A stretch of DNA of 64,000 bases from Patescibacteria group bacterium (GTDB taxonomy: Bacteria > Patescibacteriota > Minisyncoccia > Minisyncoccales > UBA10102), in contig JADFNM010000001.1 in the NCBI GenBank assembly GCA_022563395.1, positions 462,342 through 526,341 on the forward strand, in the 5' to 3' direction. Positions 1-9,007 of the stretch are shown here, piece after piece. Each line of letters begins with the position of its first letter. Position 1 is the first letter of the stretch. A program made the position numbers and the translations under genes. A model generated the notes under the pieces. The model made no database searches, was not told the DNA's origin, and saw only the letters and a list, made by a program, of their open reading frames with translations.

Positions 1-37
1 TTTAGAGTATGCTTAAGTTATTGGGAATAAAATCACT

Positions 38-523
38 ATGATATATATAATTGGATTAAATCACGGATATCAAAGTCAAACAGATACTTGGCCTCCTATT
101 CATGGTGTCCCTCTTGAAAAGAAAAGTAAAGACCAACAACAGCCATTCTTAAGATGGCTTGAATCTCAACTATTGAGCGACCCGCTGTTAGTATGGGTAT
201 TTGAGGAATGGACTTACGGTAATAGACAAATACCAAGCATTGCTTTCACTCTGGTGGAAAAGTTAAATAACGGTATTCAACATCTACAAATTGACCCCAT
301 GGATAGACTTTTCAAAGACAAATCTGAGAGCAATGAACATCGTGAAAAGATTTGGCTTGAAAAGATTCTTGCAGAGCTTAACCCTTCTATGTCAGGAAAT
401 GCATTGTTAATAGTAGGAGATGAGCATGTTAAAACAATGGAAGAGAAATTAAAGTTGAAAGGATACGAAACTAAAACAATAAGGGAAGTAACTCTACTAG
501 AATCCATATCTAAATTATCATAA
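38..523 (+). CDS. Hypothetical protein (element-borne)
   Basis: 161-aa ORF with no motif recognised by eye. Confidence 0.35.
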   Translation: MIYIIGLNHGYQSQTDTWPPIHGVPLEKKSKDQQQPFLRWLESQLLSDPLLVWVFEEWTYGNRQIPSIAFTLVEKLNNGIQHLQIDPMDRLFKDKSESNEHREKIWLEKILAELNPSMSGNALLIVGDEHVKTMEEKLKLKGYETKTIREVTLLESISKLS

Positions 524-771
524 TCTACCCTCAAAGGTAACAATATACTTCTCACGCCTTAAACCAGCTCAAAACCGGGGTTTTATGGCCGATACGGGTG
601 GTTGTAATGGGATGTCTTGCTCTTTATACACCAAGGTTTACCAAGGTTACCTACTTTCCCCATTGAAACCTGTATTAACAAGTGTTTCTTTTCTATTAGA
701 CTTAAGAAAACTTGATTATGAGATAATTTTAAGATAAAATCAACCCATTAATTCAACAGGTTTATGACGCT

Positions 772-1398
772 ATGACGCCAGAAGAAAAAATCAATTGGCA
801 TCTTTGGTGGCTTCTTCAAAAAATAAAGGAAGAGTATTTAAGTACGCCAAAGGGAGAGCCTGTAACGCTTGAGCTCGGAAACACAGAGTCTCTGGTCAAT
901 GTTAAGTTTCCCTCAATAGACAGGAGGGAGAAGCTAATGCTCAAGCTAAGAGAACTGGGGGCGATAGAACTTTTGGGAGATAGGCGCACTATCTACGGAA
1001 AAACGTTCATACTTAAAGTTTCCCAAACAAACTTTGATAAACTCTACAAAGAATACGAGCAACGCTGTAAAGATACTGCCAAAAATGAAGCGATAACGTT
1101 TGATGACGCTACCACCTCTCTAAAGATGGGCAGGAAAAAATGTCAGTTGCCTCCTTTCAAAAATGAACATTTCTTCTGTAGAGAGCTCTTCAAGTACCTT
1201 CCTAATGAGGCAGTAGACTGGTCTCTAATCTACGAAGCAATAACTGGAAATCAAGTAGATAGTAACAAGCAAAAGCAACAGAAAAACCGAAAAATGGTTT
1301 ATGATGTCTATGAAAATCTAAACAAAAGGGGAAAAGAGTTGTTTGGGATAAAGAATTGGCTAGTATGGCAAGGTAAAACCGTAAAAAGAACCCAATAG
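772..1398 (+). CDS. Hypothetical protein (element-borne)
   Basis: 208-aa ORF followed by two stem-loops, including a T-tract terminator. Confidence 0.45.
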   Translation: MTPEEKINWHLWWLLQKIKEEYLSTPKGEPVTLELGNTESLVNVKFPSIDRREKLMLKLRELGAIELLGDRRTIYGKTFILKVSQTNFDKLYKEYEQRCKDTAKNEAITFDDATTSLKMGRKKCQLPPFKNEHFFCRELFKYLPNEAVDWSLIYEAITGNQVDSNKQKQQKNRKMVYDVYENLNKRGKELFGIKNWLVWQGKTVKRTQ

Positions 1399-1452
1399 AC
1401 CATGACATAAACGGTGAGTCACCGCAATTCTCAAGTGACTCACACCGGAAAG

Positions 1453-1482
1453 AGTAGGCTAAAAACAAAGCCTACTTTTTTT
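1453..1482 (+). terminator. Rho-independent terminator
   Basis: AGTAGGC-10 nt loop-GCCTACT followed by TTTTTT. Confidence 0.6.
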
Positions 1483-1727
1483 ATTGCCTAGATGCAAGAG
1501 AAACACAATCCAAAAGAACAAATATCAGAACTTGAAAGGGCAGCAGAAATGCTTGCTCGGATATTCCTTTCGCAATTGGAAAACACTAAAGGTCGTGGCA
1601 AGAAAAGCATTGGGGTCACCCACACACAACATGCCAAAAGTACAAAACGTAAACGAAAGAATCTCCGAGCTAGAAGAGGCCGTTGAGATTCTATGGGGCT
1701 GGATGGTTCAACAATTTGAAGAAAATA

Positions 1728-2048
1728 ATGGCAAGACCTTACGCAAAAAGGAGGTACATCCAGCATGACTGGACGACCCAAAAGGAGTTTGACCTATCCC
1801 CCACAGAGGCACTTACCATAGGACTCATTGCGGGTCTCTCTATAAATACTGGGTGGTCTTACGCCTCTAAAGTCACCTTGGCAGATATTGTAAATATTAG
1901 CGTACCAACTTTGAATAACACAATACGCAGACTCAAAGATAAAAGACTGATTGTAGAAGATATAGAAAACCGTGGACCAAAGAATGTAAAGATGTTTGCC
2001 CCAACCAATAAATGGTGGGATTCCGTATACGTAGATGAAATTCTCTAG
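1728..2048 (+). CDS. Winged-helix/HTH DNA-binding protein
   Basis: TLADIVNISVPTLNNTIRRLKDKRLI resembles an HTH plus wing. The track start at 1683 is TTG; the first in-frame ATG is at 1728. Confidence 0.4.
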   Translation: MARPYAKRRYIQHDWTTQKEFDLSPTEALTIGLIAGLSINTGWSYASKVTLADIVNISVPTLNNTIRRLKDKRLIVEDIENRGPKNVKMFAPTNKWWDSVYVDEIL

Positions 2049-2313
2049 AAGAATACAAAACCACGTATTAAAATTCTTAAAGAATCACTAAAGCTTTTTT
2101 AAAAGAAGACCTAAAGTTTCTTTTGATATGGGGCCAATTTCTTTAGACAATATTAATAAACGATACTAATAAAAGTAATAATAATAAAAATATGTTTTTA
2201 TTTTTTCCTAATCCTTACTGGCTTATAAGAAATACAGCTAGCAAAACTGTGAAGAACTTGGTTGGTAGCATCATTAACAGTAACTATAATAACCTAAACT
2301 TAATTGAAGAAAT

Positions 2314-3867
2314 ATGAAAACAGAAGACAAGCAAACAGCGCTGGTATATTGCCGAGTCTCCAGCGAGGAGCAGGTCCATGGATATTCCTTAGATGCTCAA
2401 GAAAAATCTTGTAAAAGATTTGCAGAAACCAACAAACTCAAGGTACTCAAGGTTTATAGAGACGAAGGAAAAAGTGCCACCAATCTTGATAGACCTGCTC
2501 TTCAAGATCTTCTTTCTAGATGCAAAGAAAGCAAAGGGATTGAAGCAGTGATAGTCCAAGAAACAGATCGCTTGGCAAGAAAAACCCAAGACCACCTTGC
2601 TATCAAGGCAATCCTTAAAAAAGCAGGGGTGCGTCTCATCTCTGTTGCCCAACCAATGTTAGATGAAAGTCCTGAAGGCAACATGATAGACACCATTCTT
2701 GCCTCTGTAAATCAATTTCAATCAGACCTCAATGGGAGAAAAACGAAGAAAGGATTACAAGAAAAGTTTGACTCCGGTTGGTGGCCCGGACTTGCTCCTC
2801 TCGGATATCTCAACAAGTCTGTTGGTGAAAAAAATATCATAGTTAAAGATCCTACAAGGTGGGAACTTGTTAAAGAGGCAATGGCAATGTATTTGACTGG
2901 TAGCTATTCAGCAATACAAATTTCAGATACTTTATACACAAAAGGGCTTACAGGCAGATCTGGAAGAAACATCACCAATGGCATGATGATTAGCATCCTA
3001 AAAAATCCTTTCTACTGTGGAATAATGTGTAGAGACAACCAAGAAAAAACTGGTAGACATGAGGCAATGATTTCAATTGATGAACATCAGCGAATCCTTT
3101 CAATTGCACAAGCTCATGGTCAGCATGCTTCCCGCAGAAGAAAGCATGACTTTCTCCTACGAGGATTTGCACTATGTGCCATTTGTGGCCAACGATATAC
3201 TGCAGAAAAACACCGAAACGGAAAGAATGTAGACTATTATCATTGCTCAGCTAGTATCACAAAACATAGCAACAAAGGACAAAATGTAGAAGTGGAAGAA
3301 CTTGAGAAACAAGTAGAGGAAAGGTTCCAAAGCATTCAGTTCAGCAAAGACTTTATTGACCTTGTTGTTCAAAAGGTTACAAAATTCTACCGAGAGAAGA
3401 GAGCAATAAAGGAAACTAAGAAAAGGGGATTGCTGAATAAAAAGAATGGCATTGAAAAGAAAAGAGATACAGCAGAGGAAAAGCTTATTGCTGGAACTCT
3501 TTCAGATGAAGACTTCGTAAGAATGAGGGACCGATTTAAACAGGAAATTGATGTAATTCAAAATCAAATAGATGAAATAGAAAACTGGCATGAGGTAGAT
3601 ACCGACACCATACGGGAAGTTCTCATGCTCGCAAGAAACATTTATGAAGCCTACAAGAAAGCTCCCAATGAAGTAAAGAGGCTTTATCTTGGATTCTTCT
3701 GGGATAAGTTCCTGGTAAAAAACCAAAAAATAGTAAAGGCAGAACCCACAAAACTAGTGCAGACTCTCAAGAATCAAAGGAAAATTATATTAAACCTTAA
3801 CTGGGGTGGGCGAGGGGATTCGAACCCCCGATCTTCGCTGCCACAGAGCGACGCTTTAAGCCGCTAA
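2314..3867 (+). CDS. Large serine recombinase
   Basis: The N-terminus ALVYCRVSSEEQ..YSLDAQ..RDEGKSA matches the catalytic Ser motif region of resolvase/invertase domains. 517 aa with a Cys cluster and a C-terminal coiled coil. The 3' end overlaps tRNA-His antisense. Confidence 0.85.
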   Translation: MKTEDKQTALVYCRVSSEEQVHGYSLDAQEKSCKRFAETNKLKVLKVYRDEGKSATNLDRPALQDLLSRCKESKGIEAVIVQETDRLARKTQDHLAIKAILKKAGVRLISVAQPMLDESPEGNMIDTILASVNQFQSDLNGRKTKKGLQEKFDSGWWPGLAPLGYLNKSVGEKNIIVKDPTRWELVKEAMAMYLTGSYSAIQISDTLYTKGLTGRSGRNITNGMMISILKNPFYCGIMCRDNQEKTGRHEAMISIDEHQRILSIAQAHGQHASRRRKHDFLLRGFALCAICGQRYTAEKHRNGKNVDYYHCSASITKHSNKGQNVEVEELEKQVEERFQSIQFSKDFIDLVVQKVTKFYREKRAIKETKKRGLLNKKNGIEKKRDTAEEKLIAGTLSDEDFVRMRDRFKQEIDVIQNQIDEIENWHEVDTDTIREVLMLARNIYEAYKKAPNEVKRLYLGFFWDKFLVKNQKIVKAEPTKLVQTLKNQRKIILNLNWGGRGDSNPRSSLPQSDALSR

Positions 3868-3879
3868 GCTACGCCCACC
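3802..3879 (-). tRNA. tRNA-His (anticodon GTG), G-1 and CCA encoded
   Basis: Manual cloverleaf: acceptor GTGGGCG/CGCCCAC, anticodon loop CTGTGGC, T-loop GGGGGTTCGAATCCCCT, extra 5' G, discriminator C. Confidence 0.9.
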
Positions 3880-3893
3880 ATAATCCCTCCATG

Positions 3894-3965
3894 TGCCCCC
3901 AGTAGGAATCGAACCTACATTCCCAGCTTAGAAGGCTAGTGCTCTATCCGTTGAGCTATGGGGGC
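3894..3965 (-). tRNA. tRNA-Arg (anticodon TCT)
   Basis: Manual cloverleaf: acceptor GCCCCCA/TGGGGGC, anticodon stem CTAGC/GCTGG, loop CTTCTAA, T-arm GTAGGTTCGATTCCTAC. Confidence 0.9.
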
Positions 3966-4081
3966 TTAAAACCAAACTGCTTTGGTTTTAAGGGGCATTT
4001 TCTCTGCGAGCGATCTCGCCGCAGAGGCGAGCGCGAGGCGAGAAAATGCACCGGGTCTATAATCTACCTATTCCAACTGCT
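3951..4081. repeat. Left copy of a ~130-bp inverted repeat (partner 26819-26948)
   Basis: 62 nt identical (3951-4012 vs reverse complement of 26887-26948), then a ~27-nt variable hairpin tip, then 42 nt with 1 mismatch (4040-4081 vs 26819-26860). Contains CCGGGTCTATAATCT. Confidence 0.85.
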
Positions 4082-4192
4082 TTGCTTGTGCCTAGGGCCT
4101 GCTTTGGGAAACCGCTGAAGGCAGATCGTTTTACAAAGCAGGTACATTAGCCTTCAAAATTATACCGAAAAATGCTGGTTTGGTCAATTCCT

Positions 4193-4495
4193 TTACGGAT
4201 TAAACAGATCTCGGGGATTGAGAAAATCTGCTTGCTTAACCCTTGTTTCTTCCCTTTGTAACTCAGACAAAAGCTTCTCAAACACCTCTTCTTGGAATTC
4301 AAACTCAGAAGTTACTGCTTCCTCTCCTATCTGTGGGGAGAAAACCACATACTGGTAAAAGAGGACCGCAGCAATAAGGCCGGCTCCCAACACAAAGAGC
4401 AGGATTGCGACAAATGCATGCTCACCCAGAAACCACACAGCACCGCTCAATCTTTTCCCCCATTGCATCATATCTTGTTTTAAAAACTTTCTCAT
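4193..4495 (-). CDS. Small membrane protein, last gene of the pilus operon
   Basis: 100-aa ORF with one TM helix. Its start overlaps the pilO-like stop by 4 nt. Confidence 0.5.
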   Translation of the reverse strand: MRKFLKQDMMQWGKRLSGAVWFLGEHAFVAILLFVLGAGLIAAVLFYQYVVFSPQIGEEAVTSEFEFQEEVFEKLLSELQREETRVKQADFLNPRDLFNP

Positions 4496-5055
4496 GGTGT
4501 TGATACTTTAGGCAAGGGCCCAGTAAACACTTGAACCAGCAAGGTAAAACTCACATCTTTCGCAATATTTTCTTCGTCTTCTAAAATCCGGTCTCTCGTA
4601 AGAAAGGTATTCTGTACCTTAAGAAGGTAGGGACCGTTCTCTAATTTCTCTAAAAAGCGAAGGAATACGGGATAGCTCACAGACGAAGCAAGCTGAAAAT
4701 CCATGATTGGCCAGGCAACCCCTTTTTGCTTTTTTACGGTGCCCGGCGTTATCTTTACTGTGAGATTTAAAGTTGCTGCAATCTTTTCTATAAATCGAAT
4801 AAAGCCAATGGGGGTTTCGGCATCCACAAAGATGTTCTCAATTGTCTCAAAGTCCTCTTCTTTCGCCTGAGATAATTTTAAGAACTTTGCAACCTCTGTT
4901 TCAGCCGAGCTTGCCTGAAGCACTTTTAAGTACTGATTCTCCAAATCCTTGGAATCTCTCTTGATTCCTCTAAGCAAAGGAAGTACTGCAAGAACTCCAA
5001 ACAAGAGGATGCCAACAAGGAGTGCCGCTGTTGCAATAATGGTTTTCTGTCTCAT
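4492..5055 (-). CDS. pilO: PilO-like type IV pilus assembly protein
   Basis: N-terminal TM plus coiled coil, positioned directly after pilM-pilN with overlapping stop/start. Confidence 0.55.
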   Translation of the reverse strand: MRQKTIIATAALLVGILLFGVLAVLPLLRGIKRDSKDLENQYLKVLQASSAETEVAKFLKLSQAKEEDFETIENIFVDAETPIGFIRFIEKIAATLNLTVKITPGTVKKQKGVAWPIMDFQLASSVSYPVFLRFLEKLENGPYLLKVQNTFLTRDRILEDEENIAKDVSFTLLVQVFTGPLPKVSTP

Positions 5056-5624
5056 GGCTTGTCTTGTAACTTTGCCTGAAAAGAAAAGGTAATATCACTT
5101 GGACTCACCCAGTTTGAGGGAGGAAACACAACTTCAGCAAAAAAGGGGTTGGCCTGCAAAGCGTCCTTGAAAGAAAGCAGCTGTTCTCGGGTTTGGGCTT
5201 TTCCGGTTACGGCAATGGTGGCTGGAGTTTTTTGCACTTCACCCCCCTTCTTTTCTCTTTCAAAGGCAGGAGTGTAAGAAAAAGAGAACAGGTAGAGGTC
5301 TTGGGGAAGTGAAGAGCCAACCTCATCAAACACATCTTTGAGGAAACGGCGCTCTTGCTTGAAACTTTCGATGTTCCTCAGCTTTGAGTTCCAGTTCTTA
5401 ATCTCAGTCAAGGTAGAATCTTCCTTTGTACTCTTTTCTTCAAAGGAACTGAGCTTGAATTCTTGGGACAGGCGCTCTTTGGCAAGGGAGACCTGAATAA
5501 CCAGAAGAAAAACGCTCATGGCAAGAAGGGCAATACCAAGAACAACGCCCAAGAGGAGCACAAGACGGAACCGCTCTTCCTCTCTAAGCTTCTGGCGATA
5601 TTTTGGTGGGAGTAAATTAATCAT
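5052..5624 (-). CDS. pilN: PilN-like type IV pilus assembly protein
   Basis: Starts MINLLPPKYR followed by a TM helix, typical of PilN. Lies between pilM and pilO. Confidence 0.7.
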   Translation of the reverse strand: MINLLPPKYRQKLREEERFRLVLLLGVVLGIALLAMSVFLLVIQVSLAKERLSQEFKLSSFEEKSTKEDSTLTEIKNWNSKLRNIESFKQERRFLKDVFDEVGSSLPQDLYLFSFSYTPAFEREKKGGEVQKTPATIAVTGKAQTREQLLSFKDALQANPFFAEVVFPPSNWVSPSDITFSFQAKLQDKP

Positions 5625-5627
5625 TGT

Positions 5628-6716
5628 TTACTTTGCTCCTCTCAATGCAAGCCCCAAGGCCGCCGTGTACTTTAATGATTCTCCAAAGGAGAGGAGAGGG
5701 AGTTCTTTAAGTGAGGTTTCCAAAATGTTCACCCAAGGATTTCCCAAGATAACCTCGCGTTCCAGTTCTTTTGAAAGAAACCTGGTAAACCCTCTCAGAT
5801 TTGCTCCTCCTCCAGAAACGATGACTCTCTTGATACGCTGCTGGTTTATTCCCAGATGTTGGTGAATGGTGTGGGATTCATAATAGGAAAGGTGTTTCTT
5901 GATCTGTTCCACAAGGTTCAAAAGGGGTGGCATCAAGGCCTCAAGCACCTTCTTTCCCTGTTCGTCGTCTTGTCCTTGCAAACCAAAGCTAATCTTTAAT
6001 TCCTCTGCCTTCTCTTCTGTAAGCTTTAGGGTCTCTGCAATGCTTTTTGTAAGCTGGCTTGAAGAAACAGGAATGGAGGCGGTAAAGCGCAGACTGTACC
6101 CAGAAAACACCACAAAGCTTGTTCTTGTTGCGCCAAAGTCAACCAATAACAAGGGCAGTGCAGCTGTTTCTTTTGGAACGAGGACCCGAGAAATTGCCAA
6201 GGACTCAATCTCCAGCGCCTTAACGGTCAATCCGGAATGCTCTAATGCCTCAAGGTAAGGATCCACCATGGTGCGGGGGAGGGCAGCTAACAGAACGTCT
6301 GTGTGGTCTATATAGCTGTGGAAGGGTTTTACCACTTGGTAATCTAAATATACCTTCTCAATTGAATGTGGGACATAGTTTTCTGCTTCAAAGCGCACTG
6401 CGTGTTCTAGCTCCTCTGGCTTCATGCGCGGCAACTGCATCACCTGCAAAAACGCTTGCTCTTCGGGAAGGGAAGCAACAACATATTTGGTTGAAAGTTT
6501 GCTGCCAAAACTTTTCACTGCCTCGCGGATGGTCTGTGTCAAGACATCTCCCTGTTTCACCTCCCCCCGCTCAACCACCCCGGGGGCAATGGAAAATTCT
6601 CCAAAAGCATGGAGTTGGAATCCCTTTCCCTGGCGTTTTAAGCACATAATCTTTAAAGAAAGATCTGAGATGTCTAGCCCAAAGGCTGACGGATGAAGAG
6701 TTAATGCGTTCAACAT
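5628..6716 (-). CDS. pilM: PilM, actin-like ATPase of the type IV pilus
   Basis: FGLDISDLSLK.. start, an LLVDFGATRT phosphate-binding-like motif and VSGGGANLRG. Start moved to the ATG at 6716 to avoid overlapping the upstream gene. Confidence 0.8.
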   Translation of the reverse strand: MLNALTLHPSAFGLDISDLSLKIMCLKRQGKGFQLHAFGEFSIAPGVVERGEVKQGDVLTQTIREAVKSFGSKLSTKYVVASLPEEQAFLQVMQLPRMKPEELEHAVRFEAENYVPHSIEKVYLDYQVVKPFHSYIDHTDVLLAALPRTMVDPYLEALEHSGLTVKALEIESLAISRVLVPKETAALPLLLVDFGATRTSFVVFSGYSLRFTASIPVSSSQLTKSIAETLKLTEEKAEELKISFGLQGQDDEQGKKVLEALMPPLLNLVEQIKKHLSYYESHTIHQHLGINQQRIKRVIVSGGGANLRGFTRFLSKELEREVILGNPWVNILETSLKELPLLSFGESLKYTAALGLALRGAK

Positions 6717-6733
6717 TCTTTTATTGTACCTGT

Positions 6734-7963
6734 CTATTCCACTTCTTTCCAGGACACAAGCTCCCACGCGCCTCCGGTGCCCGAACTGAAGATGGCTGAC
6801 GTAAGCTCAATTTCGTAGGTTATGACTGCGTTGTTTTCCAGGTGAACACCGTATCCTGTAACCACCCGCAGCTCGTCGTTATTCTCTATGAGAATCCAAC
6901 CAGCTGAGGTATAGAGGATATCAGCTACGGCGTTGTTCTTTATGTTTATTGCGGGATTGCCGGTGTTGGTGGAAAGATACATGAGATAGCTTCCTTCGCT
7001 TCCAGAACCAGAGGAGATGGTGATGTTCTGAAGAGTAATGACGCTGTCTGCCACAATGACTCCGCTCGTGCCCCCAAAGGAGACGTCGAGTCGCACTTGA
7101 GCATCATTCTTCACATCCACATTGCCCGTTACCCAGAGATTGCCAGTAAGGGTGAGTACTGCCTTGTCCGCCACCAACAGGTTCCCAACGATTTTTTGCG
7201 GCCCAAGGGAAGCGGTCTCGGTTTTGTCTAACTCATAATCTCCAAAGAAAACTCCACCGGCTTCGGCCGCATCCTTCCACCCCTGAATTTCTTCTGCGGT
7301 AATGGGAAGGGAAACGGGATCTGGAGGGGTTCCCAGAGAAACAAAGGCGCCAAAGGAGCACCCATCGTTGTCGTTCGCGTTCAGGGTTGCTGTAATATCG
7401 GCATCCTTACATTCATCTACAAACACATCTCCCACCACCGATATGTTAGAAAGATTACCGCCCAACCCCGCAACCCTTGCAGTTCCGGTGACGATGGCTC
7501 CAGAATTTCCTGTAATGTCTCCGTTGGAAAAGACGTCTCCTATTACCTGGCTATTGTTGTGCATAATCAATCCTCCATCACCTATATGAGCACCATAGAA
7601 GAACTCGGGGATGATGCCGGCAAGACGGTACAGAGCTTCCACCCTGCGAAATCGAGACGAATCATTTCCTTCAGCAACCACCAGCTTTCCTTGTGGAGTA
7701 TCTGTAACGGTCGTGGTGACTGTCGCATCCAGCACGTTAAGGGAACCCGGATTGCTCCAATTCAAGGAATTCTTGACGCGAAAGAGCGCATCTTCTACCC
7801 CGGCTTCTGCTCCATAGTATGCCTGCAAAGACGCTTTTGTGTTTTGAATGATGCGCTGTTGCGAGGAGGTCAAAACAAAAGCAGAAATCCCAATGCCAGA
7901 CAGCACAAACACCACCAAGAGGGTCAGATACAGGGCGACAAATCCTTGCTGTATATTGTTCAT
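6734..7963 (-). CDS. PilX-N-like pilus protein with a long Gly/Asn/Val-rich repeat (beta-helix-like) body
   Basis: Hydrophobic N-terminus QQGFVALYLTLLVVFVL then QAYYGAEAGVEDAL, as in the PilX N domain. Body has repeated GD(V/I)xxNG / VTGN-type segments. Confidence 0.55.
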   Translation of the reverse strand: MNNIQQGFVALYLTLLVVFVLSGIGISAFVLTSSQQRIIQNTKASLQAYYGAEAGVEDALFRVKNSLNWSNPGSLNVLDATVTTTVTDTPQGKLVVAEGNDSSRFRRVEALYRLAGIIPEFFYGAHIGDGGLIMHNNSQVIGDVFSNGDITGNSGAIVTGTARVAGLGGNLSNISVVGDVFVDECKDADITATLNANDNDGCSFGAFVSLGTPPDPVSLPITAEEIQGWKDAAEAGGVFFGDYELDKTETASLGPQKIVGNLLVADKAVLTLTGNLWVTGNVDVKNDAQVRLDVSFGGTSGVIVADSVITLQNITISSGSGSEGSYLMYLSTNTGNPAINIKNNAVADILYTSAGWILIENNDELRVVTGYGVHLENNAVITYEIELTSAIFSSGTGGAWELVSWKEVE

Positions 7964-7964
7964 A

Positions 7965-8495
7965 CTATCTCAAAGAAGCAGTGGAGGTTACTGGTACCAC
8001 GGCCTCCAGTTCTGGCCTGTTATTGGGATTTTTGTGGCGCACTTCCATAAATACTCTTAAGGAAGGAAAGTCTGTATCGGTGGAAATGGTGGTGAAAGAA
8101 AGGTTGGTGACCTCAACTGTGTTTGGAGTAAGGGCAAGGGTTGCTTCCCCTTCTTTTTTTATACACAGAGCTTCACCGCACAAGAAAAAATCAATGTATC
8201 CTAAAGTTTCCCCCGGAGGAATTGAGGTTTTAGTTTTAAGGGAAACCTGGGTCGCCGTAGTGGTGGGGAGATACAAGCTTTCTGCCTCTCTGATTTCATA
8301 CATTACGCGGTCCATTGCGAGCTGCGCCGAAGAGGTTGTTTCCTGCAACACTTGGGTTTTGGTATGGGCTTTTAGGGTCCACAAAAACAGCGTGGAAGTA
8401 ACTCCCCCAAGAATAGCAAGAACTGCAATGTACACCACGAATTCTATAATCGTGAACCCGCCTAAGTTTTTCTTTGAAAAATTTTGGTGGGTCAT
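7965..8495 (-). CDS. Prepilin-type pilin-like protein
   Basis: N-terminal cleavage/methylation motif G|FTIIEFVVYIAVLAIL. Confidence 0.75.
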   Translation of the reverse strand: MTHQNFSKKNLGGFTIIEFVVYIAVLAILGGVTSTLFLWTLKAHTKTQVLQETTSSAQLAMDRVMYEIREAESLYLPTTTATQVSLKTKTSIPPGETLGYIDFFLCGEALCIKKEGEATLALTPNTVEVTNLSFTTISTDTDFPSLRVFMEVRHKNPNNRPELEAVVPVTSTASLR

Positions 8496-9007
8496 CTCCA
8501 GTTAGTGAGATATGTTGTTACCTGAATGTCGTGTGTTCGCTGACGTTCCTCCCAGAAAACAGTGACCGTGACTTTTTTGGTTTGAGGGTCAAGAGTTCCT
8601 CCTGATTCTACAATATTGTCTGCCGCATCGCGCTCCACAAGATCCACCACAACCTCCCTTGTGAAGATTCCAAGGGTTTCCTGGCCCAAAAGAAGCTGCC
8701 ATCGTGGAGGGGTATCTCCTGAAAGTTCAAGGTGGAGTGATACTCCGGTAGTAACCTGCCCCAAACCATCGTAGTTGTTGCCAGGATCATCATCCGTCCA
8801 CCCCGTGTTGTCTCGATAGTTCTTTAGCGCCTCCACATATTCTTTAGCGAAAAAAGAGGCCTGGGTGGTTTGCTTAAACAGGGAAGCTGTTCTCAAAGAA
8901 AAGGTGCTAAAAGAAATCGAGGCTGAAATTGCCACTCCAATAATCATAATAACGACGAGCAACTCAATGATAGAGATTCCTCTACTGTAATTCCGGTGTT
9001 CCAGCAT
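8492..9007 (-). CDS. Prepilin-type pilin-like protein
   Basis: Motif G|ISIIELLVVIMIIGV. Start set at the ATG at 9007 (leader MLEHRNYSRG); the track start at 9085 is probably too long. Confidence 0.65.
   Translation of the reverse strand: MLEHRNYSRGISIIELLVVIMIIGVAISASISFSTFSLRTASLFKQTTQASFFAKEYVEALKNYRDNTGWTDDDPGNNYDGLGQVTTGVSLHLELSGDTPPRWQLLLGQETLGIFTREVVVDLVERDAADNIVESGGTLDPQTKKVTVTVFWEERQRTHDIQVTTYLTNWR

Larger units (their letters stand above)
1..3879. mobile_element. Probable integrated element, right end only (left end outside window), abutting tRNA-His
   Basis: AT-richer block of hypothetical ORFs, a wHTH protein and a large serine recombinase. The recombinase's last ~22 codons are read antisense through tRNA-His. 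No second att copy seen in the window, so boundaries are inferred. Confidence 0.45.

Noticed and set aside
1492-1686. Basic 64-aa ORF, and the overlapping 94-aa (1484-1768) and 97-aa (1488-1781, minus strand) ORFs in the element region.
   Set aside because: Three mutually overlapping frames, none with a recognisable motif or start context. I cannot choose among them from sequence alone.
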